Source: Eledone cirrhosa | Lineage: Eukaryota | Assembly: GCA_964016885.1 (NCBI GenBank) | Contig: OZ024742.1 | Coordinates: forward strand, 356,748,001 to 356,812,000 | Direction of reading: 5' to 3' | DNA: 64,000 bases | Part shown: positions 35,601-50,600 of the stretch, piece after piece | Numbering within the stretch: the stretch's first letter is position 1 | How the letters are laid out: each line of letters starts with the position of its first letter | Notes under the pieces: model-generated | What the model was told of the DNA's origin: nothing | Databases searched by the model: none | What the model saw: only the letters and a program-made list of their open reading frames with translations | Made by a program: the position numbers and the translations under genes

Positions 35601-38600
35601 GCCAATCCACCACCCATGGCGTCCAACCCTCTACATATACTGCCAATCCACCACCAATGGCATACAACCCTCTACCAAAGCTGCCATCCCACCACACATG
35701 GCATCCAAACCTCTACCAATATTGCCAATCCACCACCCATGGCGTCCGACCCTCTACCAATACTGCCAATCCAGCACCCATGGCGTCCAACACTCTACCT
35801 ATACTGCCAACCCAACACCAATGACTTCCAACCCTCTACCAATATTGCCAATCCACCACCCATGGCGTCCAACCCTCTACCAATACTGCCAATCCACCAC
35901 CCATGGCGTCCAACTCTCTACCTATACTGCCAATCCACCACCAATGGCATCCAACCCTCTACCAATATTGCCAATCCACCACCCATGGCGTCCGACCCTC
36001 TACAAATACAGCCAATCCACCACCCATGGCGTCCAACCCTCAACAAATATTACCAATCCACCGCCCATGGCGTCCGACCCTCTACCAATGCTGCCAATCC
36101 AGCACCCATGGCGTCCAACCCTCTACCAATTCTGCAATTCCACCAACCATGGCGTCAAAACCCTCTACCGATATTGCCAACCCACCACCCATGGCATCCG
36201 ACCCTCTACCTATACTACCAATCGAGCATCCATGGCGTCCAACCCTCTACCTATACTGCCAATCCAGCACCCATAGCATTCAATCCTCTACCAATACTGC
36301 AAATGCAGCACCCATGGCATTCAATCCTCTACCAATACTGCCAATCCACCACACATGGCGTCCCACCCACTACCAATACTGCCAATCCACCACCCATGGC
36401 GTCCAACTCTCTAACAATACTGCTAATCCACCACACATGGCATCCAACTCTCTAACAATACTGCCAATCCAGCACCGATGTCGTCCGCCCCTCTACCAAT
36501 ACTGCCAATACACCACCCATGGCGTCCCACCCTCTACCTATACTGCCAATCCACCACCCGTGGCATCCGCCCCTCTACTTATACTGCCAATCCACCACCT
36601 ATGGCGTCCCACCCTCTACCTATACTGCCAATCCACCACACATGGCATCCAAACCTCTACCAATACTGCCAATCCAGCACCATTGGCGTCCCACCCTCTA
36701 CCAATACAGCCAATCCAACACCCATGGCGTCCAACCCTCTACCAATACTGCCAATCAACCAACCATGCCAGCCGCCCCTCTATCTATACTGCCAATCCAT
36801 CACCCATGGCGTCCGACCCTCTACCAATACTGCCAATCAACCACCCATGGCATCCAACTCTTTACCAATATTGCCAATCCACCACCCATGACGTCCAACC
36901 CTCTACATATACTGCCAATCCACCACCAATGGCATCCAACTCTTTACCAATATTGCCAATCCACCACCCATGACGTCCAACCCTCTACATATACTGCCAA
37001 TCAACCACCCATGGCATCCAACTCTTTACCAATATTGCCAATCCACCACCCATGACGTCCAACCCTCTACATATACTGCCAATCCACCACCAATGGCATC
37101 CAACTCTTTACCAATATTGCCAATCCACCACCCATGACGTCCAACCCTCTACATATACTGCCAATCAACCACCCATGGCATCCAACTCTTTACCAATATT
37201 GCCAATCCACCACCCATGACGTCCAACCCTCTACATATACTGCCAATCCACCACCAATGGCATCCAACCCTCTACCAATGCTGCCAATCCAACAGCCATG
37301 GCGTCCAACCCTGTACCTATACTGCCAATCCACCACCCATGGCGTCCAACCCTCTACATATACTGCCAATCCACCAACAATGGCATCCAACCCTCTACAA
37401 ATGCTGCCATTCCACCACCCATGGCATTCAAACCTTTACCTATACTCCCAATCCACCACCCCTGGCATCCAACCCTCTACCAATATTGCCAATCCACCAC
37501 CCATGGCGTCTAAGCCTCTACCAATTCTGCAAATCCACCACCCATGGCGTCCGACCCTCTACCAATTCTGCAATTCCACCACCCATGCCGTCAAAACCCA
37601 CTACCAATATTGCCAACCCACCACCCATGGCGTCCAACCCTCTACCAATACTGCCAATCCAGCACACATGGCGTCCAAACCATCTGCCACTACTGCCAAT
37701 CCGCCACACGTGGCATCCAACCCTCTACAATACTGCTAATCCACCACCCATGGCGTCCAAACCTCTACCTATACTGCCAATCGAGCACCCATGGCATTCA
37801 ATCCTCTACCAATACTGCCAATCGAGCATCCATGGCATCCAAGCCTCTACCAATACTGCCAATCCAGCACCCATGGCATTCAATCCTCTACCAATACTAG
37901 CAATCCAGCACCCATGGCATTCAATCCTCTACCAATACTGCCAGTCCACCACCCATGGCATCCGCCCCACTAACAATACTGCCAATCCACCCCCCATGGC
38001 CCGACCCTCTACCAATACTACCAATCCACCACCAATGGCATCCCACCCTCTACCTATACTGCCAATCCAGCACCCATGGCGTCCGACCATCTACCAATAC
38101 TGCCAATCCACAACCCATGGCGTCCGACACACTACCACTACTGCCAATCCACCACATATGGCTTTCAATCCTCTACCTATACTGCCAATCCATCACCCGT
38201 GGCATCCGCCCCTCTACTTATACTGCCAATCCACCACCTATTGCGTCCAACCCTCTTACAATACTGCCAATCCACAACCCATGGCATCCTACCCTCTACC
38301 AATGCTGCCATTCCACCACCCATGGCATCCAAACCTCTACCAATGCTGCCATTCCACCACCCCTGGCATCCAACCCTCTACCTATATTGCCAATCCAGCA
38401 CCTATGACGTCCAACTCTCTAACTATACTGCCAATCCACCACCAATGGCTTCCAACCCTCTACCAATACTGCCAATACACCACCCATGGCGTCCCACCCT
38501 CTACCTATACTGCCAATCCAGCACCCGTGGCATCCGCCCCTCTACTTATACTGCCAATCCACCACCTATGGCGTCCCACCCTCTACCAATACTGCCAATG

Positions 38601-41600
38601 CAGCACCCATAGCGTCCGACCCTTTACCTATACTGCCAATCCAGCACACATGGCATCCAACCCTCTACCAATACTGCCAATCCAGCACCGATGGCGTCCC
38701 ACCCTCTACCAATACAACCAATCCAACACCCATGGCGTCCAACCCTCTACCAATACTGCCAATCAACCAACCATGGCATCCGCCCCTCTATCTATACTGC
38801 CAATCCATCACCCATGGCGTCCGACCCTCTACCAATACTGCCAATCAACCACCCATGGCATCCAACTGTTTACCAATATTGCCAATCCACCACCCATGAC
38901 GTCCAACCCTATACATATACTGCCAATCCACCACCAATGGCATCCAACCCTCTACCAATGCTGCCAATCCAACAGCCATGGCGTCCAACCCTGTACCTAT
39001 ACTGCCAATCCACCACCCATGGCGTCCAACCTTCTACATATACTGCCAATCCACCACCAATGGCATCCAACCTTCTACCAATGCTGCCATTCCACCACCC
39101 ATGGCATTCAAACCTCTACCTATACTGCCAATCCACCACCCCTGGCGTCCAACCCTCTTCCAATACTGCCAATCCACACCCCACGACCCGACCCTCTACC
39201 AATACTGCCAATCCACCACCAATGGCATCCCACCCTCTACCAATACTGCCAATCCACCACCCATGGCGTCCGACCATCTACCAATACTGCCAATCCACCA
39301 CCCATGGCGTCCGACACTCTACCACTACTGCCAATCCACCACACATGGCATTCAACCCTCTACCGATACTGCCAATCCACCACCCCTTGCATCCAACCCT
39401 CTACCTATACTGCCAATCCACCACCAATGGCTTCCAACCCTCTACCAATACTGCCAATCCACCATCCATGGAATCCGACCCTCTACCTATAACGCCAATG
39501 CACCACCCATGGCATCCAACCCTCTACCAATACTGCCAATCAACCACCCATGGCGTCCGACCCTCTACCAATACTGCCAATCCACTACCCATGGCGTCCA
39601 ACTCTCTATCTATACTGCCAATCCACCACCAATGGCATCCAACCCTCTAGCAATACAGTCAATCCAACACCCATGGCGTCTAAGCCTCTAATAATTCTGC
39701 AAATCCACCACCCATGGCGTCCAACCCACTACCAATACTGCCAATCGAGCACCCATGGCGTCCGACCCTCTACCTATACTGCCAATCGAGCATCCATGGC
39801 GTCCAACCCTCTACCAATAATGCCAATCCACCACCGATGGCATCCGACCCTCTACCAATACTGCCAATCCAGCACCCATGGCGTCCAACTCTCTACCTAT
39901 ACTGCCAATCCACCACCAATGACATCCAACCCTTTACCTATACTGCCAATCAACCATCCATGGCGTCCCACCCTCTACCAATACTGCCAATCCACCACCC
40001 ATGGCGTCCAACTCTCTACCTATACTGCCAATCCACCACAAATGGCATCCAACACTCTAGCAATACAGTCAATCCACCACCCATGGCGTCCGATCCTCTA
40101 CCAATACAGCCAATCCACCAGCCATGGCGTCTAAGCCTCTACCAATTCTGCAAATCCACCACCCATGGCGTCCAACCCACTACCAATACTGCCAATCCAG
40201 CACCCATGGCGTCCGACCCTCTACCTATACTGCCAATCGAGCATCCATGGCGTCCAACCCTCTACCAATAAAGCCAATCCACCACCGATGGCATACAACC
40301 TTCTACCAATACTGCCAATCCAGCACCCATAGCGTCCGACCCTCTACCAATACTGCCAATCCACCACCCATGCCATTCAATCCTCTACCAATACTGCCAA
40401 TCCACCATACAGTGCATCCAACCCACTAACAATACTGCCAATCCACCACACATGGCATCTAACCGTCTACCAATACTGCCAAGCTACCACCCATGGAGTC
40501 CAACCCTCGACCAATACTGCCAATCCACCACCAATGGCATCCAATCCTCTACCAATACTGCCAATCCACCACCCATGGTGACCAACCCTCTACCAATACT
40601 GCCAATCCAGCACCCATGGCGTCCAAACCCTCTACCAATACTGCCAATCCACCACACGTGGCATCCGACCCTCTACAATATTGCCAATCCAGCACCCATA
40701 ACATCCAACCTCTACCTATACTGCAATCCAGCATCCATGGCGTCCAACCCTCTACCAATACTGCCAATCCAGGACTCATAGCATTCAATCCACTACCAAT
40801 ACTGCCAATCGAGCACCCATGGCATTTCAATCCTCTACCAATACTGCCAATCCAGCACCCTTGCCATTCAATCATCTACCAATACTGCCAATCCAGCACC
40901 CATGGCGTCCAACCCATTACTGCCAATCCACCACCCATGGCGTCCAACCCTCTACCAATACTGCCAATCCCCCTCCCCTGGCATCCAATCCTCTACCTAT
41001 ACTGCCAATCCACCGCCAAGTGCATCTAACCCTCTACTTATACTGCCAATCCACCACCCATGGCATCCAACCCTCCACCAATACTGCCAATCCCCCTCCC
41101 ATGGCATCCAACCCTCTACCTATACTGCAAATCCACCGCCAAGTGCATCTAACCCTCTACTTATACTGCCAATCCACCACCCATGGCGTCCCACCCTCTA
41201 CCAATACTGCCAATGCAGCACCCATAGCGTCCGGCCCTCTACCAATACTGCCAATCCACCACCCCTGTCATCCAACCCTCCACTAATATTGCCAATCCAC
41301 CACCCATTGCGTCCAATCCTCTACCAATACTACCAATCCAGCACCTATGACGTCCAACTCTCTACCTATACTGCCAATCCACCACCAATGGCTTCCAACC
41401 CGCTACCAATACTGCCAATCCACCACCCATGGCGTCTGACCCTCTACCAATACAGCCAATCCACCACCCATGGCGTCTAAGCCCCTACCAATTCTACCAT
41501 TCCACCACCCATGGCGTCCAACCCTCTACCAATACTGCCAATCCACCACCCCTCGCATCCAACCCTCTACCAATACTGCCAATCCACCACCCATGGCGCC

Positions 41601-44600
41601 CGACCCTCTACCAATACTGCCAATCCACCACCCATGGCGTTCAACTCTCTACCTATACTGCCAATCCACCACCAATGGCATCCAACTCTCTACGAATACA
41701 GTCAATCCACCACCCATGGCGTCCGACCCTCTACCAATACAGCCAATCCACCACCCATGGCGTCTAAGCCTCTACCAATTCTGCAAATCCACCACCCATG
41801 GCGTCCAACCCACTACCAATATTGCCAATCCACCACCCATGGCGTCCGACCCTCTACCTATACTTCCAATCGAGCATCCATGGCGTCAAACCCTCTACCA
41901 GTACTGCCAATCCAACACCCATGGCATCCAACCCTCTACAAATACTGCCAATCCACCACTCATGGCATCCAACCCTCTACCAATACTGCCAATCCACCAC
42001 CAATGGCATCCGACCCTCTACCAATACTGCCAATCCAGCACTCATGGCGTCTGACTCTCTACCTATACTGCCAATCCACCATCAATGACATCCACCAGCC
42101 ATGGCGTCCAACCCTCTATCCAGCACCCATAGCGTCCAACTCTGTATCTATACTGCCAATCCACCACCAATGACATCCAACCCTCTACCAATACTGCCAA
42201 TCCAGCACCCGTGGCATCCGCCCCTATACTTATACTGCCAATCCGACACCCATGGCGTCCGACCCTCTACCAATACTGGCAATCCACCACACATGGCGTC
42301 CAACCCTCTACCAATACTGCCAATCCACCACCCATGGCATCCAACCCTCTACCAATACTGCCAATCCAGCACCCATGGCGTCCGACCCTCTACCGATACT
42401 GCCAATCCACCACCCATGGCGTACAACCCTCTACCAATCCTGCCAATCCACCACCCATGGCGTCCAACCCTCTACCAATACTGCCAATCCACCACCTATG
42501 GTATCCGACCCTCTACCTATACTGCCAATCCACCACCAAGTGCATCTAACCCTCTACATATACTGCCAATTCACCACCATGGCGTCCAACACTCTATCAA
42601 TACTGGCAATCCACCAAACATGGCATCCAACCCTCTACCAATACTGCCAATCCAGCACGCATGGCGTCCAACCCTCTACCAATACTGGCAATCCACCACA
42701 CATGGCATCCAACCCTCTACCAATACTGCCAATCCAACATCCATGGCGTCCAACCCTCTACCAATACTGCCAATCCACCACCCATGGCATTCAATCCTCT
42801 ACCAATACTGCCAATCCACCACACAGTGCATCCAACCCACTAACAATACTGCCAATCCACCACACATGGCATCTAACCCTCTACCAATACTGCCAATCTA
42901 CCACCAATGGAGTCCAACCCTCGACCAATACTGCCAATCCACCACCAATGGCATCCAACCCTCTACCAATACTGCCAATCCACCACCCATGGCGTCCAAC
43001 CCTCTACCAATACTGCCAATCCAGCACACATGGCGTCCAAAGCCTCTACCAAAACTGCCAATCCACCACACGTGGCATCCGACCCTCTACCAATACTGCC
43101 AATCCAGCACTCATAGCATTCAATCCTCTGCCAATACTGGCAATCGAGCACCCATGGCATCCAACCCTCTACCAATACTACCAATCCACCACACATGGCA
43201 TTCAACCCTCTACCTATACTGCCAATCCACCACCCGTGGCAACCGCCCCTCTATTTATACTGCCAATCCACCACCCATGGCGTCCCACCCTCTACAATAC
43301 TGCCAATGCAGTACCCATAGCGTCCGGCCCTCTACCAATACTGCCATTCCACCACACATGGCATCCAACCCTCTACCAATACTGCCAATCAACCACCCAT
43401 GGCATCCAAACCTCTACCAATACTGCCAATCAACTACCCATGGCATCAACCCTCTACCAATACAGCCAATCCACCACCCATGGCGTCCAACCCTCTAAAT
43501 ATACTGCCAATCCAGAACCAATGGCATCCAACCATCTACTTATACTGCCAATCCACCACCCATGGCATCCAACCCTCAACCAATGCTGCTATGCCACCAC
43601 CCATGGCATCCAACCCTCTACCAATATTGCCAATCCACCACCCATGGCATCCAACCCTCTACCAATGCTGCCATTCCACCACCCATGGCATCCAAACCTC
43701 TACCAATACAGCCAATCCAGCACCCATGGCGTCCGACCCTCTACCAATACTGCCAATCCACCACCCATGGCATACAACCCTCTACCAATCCTGCCAATCC
43801 ACCACCCATGGCGTCCAACCCTCTACCAATACTGCCAATCCACCACCCATGGCATCCAACCCTCTACCTATACTGCTAATCCAACACCAAGTGCATCTAA
43901 CCCTCTACATATACTGCCAATTCACCACCATGGCGTCCAACCCTCTACCAATACTGCCAATCCACCACCCAAGGTATCTAAATCTCTACCAATACTGCCA
44001 ATTCACCACCTATGGCATCCAACCCTCTACCAATACTGCCAATCGAGCACCCGTGGCATCCGCCCCTATACTTATACTGCCAATCCGACACCCATGGCGT
44101 CCGACCCTCTACCAATACTGGCAATCCACCACACATGGCATCCAACCCTCTACCAATACTGCCAATCCAGCACCTATAGCGTCCGACCCTCTACCAATAC
44201 TGCCAATCCACCACCCATGGCGTTCAACCCTATACCAATACTCCCAATCCACCACCCATGGCATTCAATCCTCTACCAATACTGCCAATCCACCACACAT
44301 GGAATCCAACCCACTAACAATACTGCCAATCCACCACACATGGCATCTAACCGTCTACCAATACTGCCAATCCACAACACATGGCATCTAACCCTCTACC
44401 AATACTGCTAATCTACCACCCATGGAGTCCAACCCTCGACCAATACTGCCAATCCACCACAAATGGCATCCAACCCTCTACCAATACTGCCAATCCACCA
44501 CCCATGGCGTCCAACCCTCTACCAATACTGCCAATCCAGCACGCATGGCGTCCAAACTCTCTACCAATACTGACAATCCAGCACTCATAGCATTCAATCC

Positions 44601-47600
44601 TCTACCAATACTGCCAATCCAGCACCCATGGCGTCCAACCCTCTACCAATACTGCCAATCCACCACCCATAGCATCCAACCCTCGACCTATACTGCCAAT
44701 CCACCACCCATGGCATCCAACCCTCCACCAATACTGCCAATCCACCACCAATGGCATCCGACCCTCTATATATACTGCAAATCCACCACCAAGTGCATCT
44801 ATCACTCTACATATACTTCCAATACACCACCTGGCGTCCCACCCTCTACCAATACTAACAATCCACCACCAAGGCATCTAAATCTCTACCAATAATACCA
44901 ATCCACCACCTATGGCATCCAACCCTCTACCAATACTGCCAATCGAGCACCCGTGGCATCCGCCCCTATACTTATACTGCCAAACCACCACCCATGGCGT
45001 CCGACCCTCTACCAAAACTGCCAATCCACCACACATGGCATCCAACCCTCTACCAATACTGCCAATCCAGCACCCATGGCGTCCGACCCTCTACCAATAC
45101 TGCCAATCCACCACCAAGTGCATCTAACCCTCGACCAATACTGCCAAACCACCACCCATGGCGTCCAACATCTACTGCCAATCCAGAATCCATGGCGTCC
45201 AACCCTCTACCAAACTGCCAATCCACCACACATGGCATCTAACCGTCTAGCAATACAGCCAATCCACCACACATGGCATCTAACCCTCTACCAATACTGT
45301 CAATCTACCACCCATGGCATCCAACCCTCTACCTATACTGCCAATCCACCACCAATGGCGTCCAACCTTCTACCAATACTGCCAACCCAGCACCCATGAC
45401 GTCCAAACCCTCTACCAATACTGCCAATCCACCACACGTGGCCACCGACCCTCTACAATACTGCCAATCCAGCACCCATAATATCCAACCCTCTACCTAT
45501 AATGTTAATGCACCACCCATGACATCCGGCACTCTACCTATACTGCCACTCCACCACCCATGGCGTTCAACCCTGTACCTTTACTGCACTTCAGCATCCA
45601 TGGCGTCCAACCCTCTACCAATACTGCCAATCCAGCACTCATAGCATTCAATCCTCTACCAATACTGCCAATCGAGCACCCTTGGCATTCAATCCTCTAC
45701 CAATACTGCCAATCCAGCACCCATGGCATTCAATCCTCTACCAATACTGCTAATCCAGCACCCATGGCGTCCAACCCTCTACTGCCAATCCACCACCCAT
45801 GGCGTCCAACCCTCTACCAATACTGCCAATCCATCACCCATGGCATCCAACCCTCTACCTATACTGCCAATCCACCACCCATGGCAACCAACCCTCTACC
45901 TATACTGCAAATCCACCACCAAGTGCATCTAACCCTCTGTATATACTGCCAATCCACCACCCAAGGCATCTAAATCTCTACCAATAATGCCAATCTACCA
46001 CCTATGGCATCCAACCCTCTACCAATACTGGCAATCCAGCACCCGTGGCATCCGCCCCTATACTTATACTGCCAATCCACCACCCATGGCGTCCGACCCT
46101 CTACCAATACTGGCAATCCAGCACACATGGCATCCAACCCTCTACATATACTGCCAATCCACCAGCCATGGCATTCAATCCTCTACCAATATTGCCAATC
46201 CACCACCCATGGCATTCAACGCACTAACAATACTGCCAATCCACCACACATGGCATCCAACCCTCTAACAATACTGCCAGTACAGCACCCATGTCGTCCG
46301 ACCCTCTACCAATACTGCCAATGCACCACCAAGTGCATCTAACCCTCTACCAATACTGCCAATCCACCACCCATGGTATCTAAATATCTACCAATAGTGC
46401 CGATCCACCACCTATGGCATCCAACCCTCTACCAATATTGCCAATCCACCACCCATGGCATCCGACCCTCTACCAATACTGCCAATCCAGCACCTATGAC
46501 GTCCAACTCTCTACCTATACTGCCAATCCAGCCCCCGTGGCATCCGACCCTCTACCAATACTGTCAATCCACCACACATGGCAACCAAACTTCTACCAAT
46601 ACTGCCAGCCACCACCCATAGCATTCAATCCTCTACCAATACTGACAATCCACCACCCATGGCATCCAACCCACTAACAATACTGCCAATCCACCACACA
46701 TGGCATCTAACCGTCTACCAATACTGCCAATCCACCACACATGGTATCTAACACTCTACCAATACTGCCAATATACGACCCATGTCGTCCAACCCTCTAC
46801 CAATACAGCCAATCCACCACCCATGGCATCCAACCCTCTACCAATACTGTCAATCCACCACCCATGGCGTCCAACCCTCTACCAATACTGCCAATCCAGC
46901 ACCCATGGCGTCCAAACCCTCTACCAATACTGCCAATCCACCACACGTGGCATCCGACCCTCTACCTCTACTGCCAATCCACCACCCATGGCGTTCAACC
47001 CTCTACCTATACTGTAATCCAGCATCCATGGCGTCCAACCCTCTACCAATACTGCCAATCCAGCACTCATAGCATTCAATCCTCTACCTATACTGCAATC
47101 CAGCATCCATGGCGTCCAACCCTCTACCAATACTGCCAATCGAGCACCCATGGCATTCAATCCTCTACCAATATTGCCAAACCAGCACCCATGGCATTCA
47201 ATCCTCTACCAATACTGCCAATCCACCACCCATGGCGTCCAACCCTCTACAATACTGCCAATCCAGCACCCATAACATTCAACCCTCTACCTATACTGCC
47301 AATCCACCACCCATGGCATCCAACCCTCTACCAATACTGCCAATCCAGCACTCATAGCATTCAATCCTCTACCTATACTGCCAATGCAGCACCCATGGCG
47401 TCCAACCATCTACTGCCAATCCACCACCCATGGCGTCCAACCCACGACCAATACTGCCAATCCACCACACATGGCATCCAACCCTCTACCTATACTGCCA
47501 ATCCTCCACCCATGGCATCCAACCCTCTACCTATACTGCAAATCCTCCACCCATGGCATCCTACCCTCTACCTATACTGCAAATCCACCACCCATGGCGT

Positions 47601-50600
47601 TCCACCCTCTTCCTATACAGCAATCCAGCATACATGGCGTCCAACCCTCTACCAATACTGCCAATCCAGCACCCATAGCATTCAATCCTCTACCAATACT
47701 GCTAATCGAGCACCCATGGCATTGAATCCTCTACCAATACAGCCAATCCAGCACCCATAGCATTCAATCCTCTACCAATACTGCCAATCCAGCAGCCATG
47801 GCGTCGAACCCTCTACTGCCAATCCACCACCCATGGCGTCCAACCCTCTACCAATACTGCCAATCTACCACCCATGGCATCCAACCCTCTACCAATACTG
47901 CATTCCACCACCCATGGCATCCAACCCTCTACCAATACTGCCAATCCACCACCAATGACATCCGACCCTCTACCTATACTGCCAATCCATCACCCATGGC
48001 GTCCAACCCTCTACCAATACTGCCAATCCACCACCAATGGCATCCACTCTCTACCAATACTGCCAATCCACCACCAATGGCATCCACCCTCTACCAATGC
48101 TGCCAATCCACCACCAATGGCATCCACCCTCTACCAATGCTGCCAATCCACCACCCATGGCTTCCAAACATCTACCAATACTGTCAATCCAACACCAATG
48201 GCATCCAACCATCTAACACTCCTGCCAATCCACCACCCATGGCTCCCGACCCTCTACCAATACTGCCAATCCAGCACCCACGGCGTCCAACTCTCTACCT
48301 ATACTGCCAATCCACCACCAATGGCATGCAACCCTCTACCATAACTGCCAATCCACCACCCATGGCGTCTGACCCTCTACCAATACATACTATCCACCAC
48401 CCATGGCATCCGACCCTCTAACAATACTGCCAATCCAGCACCCATGGCATCCAACCCTCTAGCAATACTGCCAATCCAGCACCCATGGCGTCCGACCCTC
48501 TACCAATACTGACAATCAACCACCCAATGCGTACAACCCTCTACCAATACTGCCAATCCACCAGCCATGGCGTCCAACCCTCTACCAATACTGCCAATCC
48601 ACCACACATGGCATCCAACCCTCTAACAATACTGCCAATCCAGCACCCATGGCCTTCAATCCTCTACCAATACTGCCAATCCTCCACCCATGGCGTACAA
48701 CCCTCTACAAATCCTGCCAATCCACCACCCATGGCCTCCAACCCTCTAACAATACTGCCAATCCACCACCAAGTGCATCTAACCCTCTACATATACTGCC
48801 AATTCACCACCATGGCGTCCCGCCCTCTACAAATACTGCCAATCCACCACCCAAGGCATCTAAATATCTACCAATACTGCCAATCCACCACCTATGGCAT
48901 CCAACCCTCTACCAATACTGCCAATCCACCACACGTGGCATCCGACCCTCTACAATACTGCCAATCCAGCACCCATAACATCCAACCCTCTACCTATACT
49001 GCTAATCCACCACCCATGGCATACGCCTCTATACTTATACTGCCAATCCAGCACCCATAGCATTCAATACTCTACCAATACTGCCAATCAAGCACCCATG
49101 GCATTCAATCCTCTACCAATACTGCCAATCCAACACCCATGGCAGTCAATCCTCTACCAATACTGCCAATCCACAACCCATGGCATCCAACCCTCTAACA
49201 ATACAGCCAATCCATCACACATGGCATCTAACCGTCTACCAATACTGCCAATTCACCACACATGGCATCTAACCCTCTACCACTACTGCTAATCCACCAC
49301 ACATGGCATCTAACCCTCTACCAATACTGCCAATCCACCACCTTGGCGTCCAACCCTCTACAATACTGTCAATCCAGCACCCATAGCATCCAACCCTCTA
49401 CCTATACTGCTAATCCACCACCCATGACTTCCGACCCTCTAACTATACTGCAATCCAGCATCGATGGCGTCCAGCCCTCTACCAATACTGCCAATCCAGC
49501 ACCCATAGCATTCAATCCTCTACCAATACTGCCAATCCAGCACCCATAGCATTCAATCCTCTACCAATACTGCCAATCGAGCACCCATGGCATTCAACCC
49601 TCTACCAATACTGCCATTCCAGCACCCATGGCATTCAATCCTTTACCATTACTGCCAATCCAGCACCCATGGCGTCCAACCCTCTACTGCCAATTCACCA
49701 CCCATGGCGTCCAACCCTCTACCAATACTGCCAATCCACCACCCATGGCATCCAACCCTCTACCAGTACTGTCAATCCACCACCCATGGAAAACAACCCT
49801 CTACTAATACTGCCAATCCACCACCAATGGCATCCGACCCTCTACCTATACTGCAATCCAGCATCCATGGCGTCCAACCCTCTACCAATACTGCCAATCC
49901 ACCACACAGTGCATTCAATCCTCTACCAATACTGCCAATCGAGCACCCATGGCATTCAATCCTCTACCAATACTGCCAATCCATCACCCATGGCATCCAA
50001 CCCACAAACAATGCTGCAAATCCACCACACATGGCATCTAACCTTCTACCAATACTGCCAATCCACCACACATGGCATTTAACCCTCTACCAATACTGCC
50101 AATCTACCAACCATGGCGTCCAACCCTCTACCAATACTGCCAATCCAGCACCCATAGCATCCAACCCTCTACCTATACTGCTAATCCACCACCCATGGCA
50201 TCCGACCCTCTACCTATACTGCCAATCCACCATGCATGGCGTTCAACCCTCTACCTATACTGCAATCTAGCATCCATGGCGTCCAACCATATACCAATAC
50301 TGCCAATCCAGCACCCATAGCATTCAATCCTCTACCAATACTGCCAAACCAGCACCCATGGCGTCCAACCTTCTACCAATACTGCCAATCCACCACACGT
50401 GGCATCCGATCCTCTACAATACTGCCAATCCAGCACTCATAGCATTCAGTGCTCTACCAACACTGCCAATCGAGCACCCATGGCATTCAATCCTCTACCA
50501 ATACTGCCAATTGAGCACCCATGGCATTCAATCCTCTACCAATACTGCCAATCCAGCACCCATGGCGTCCAATCCTCTACTGCAAATCCACCACCCATGG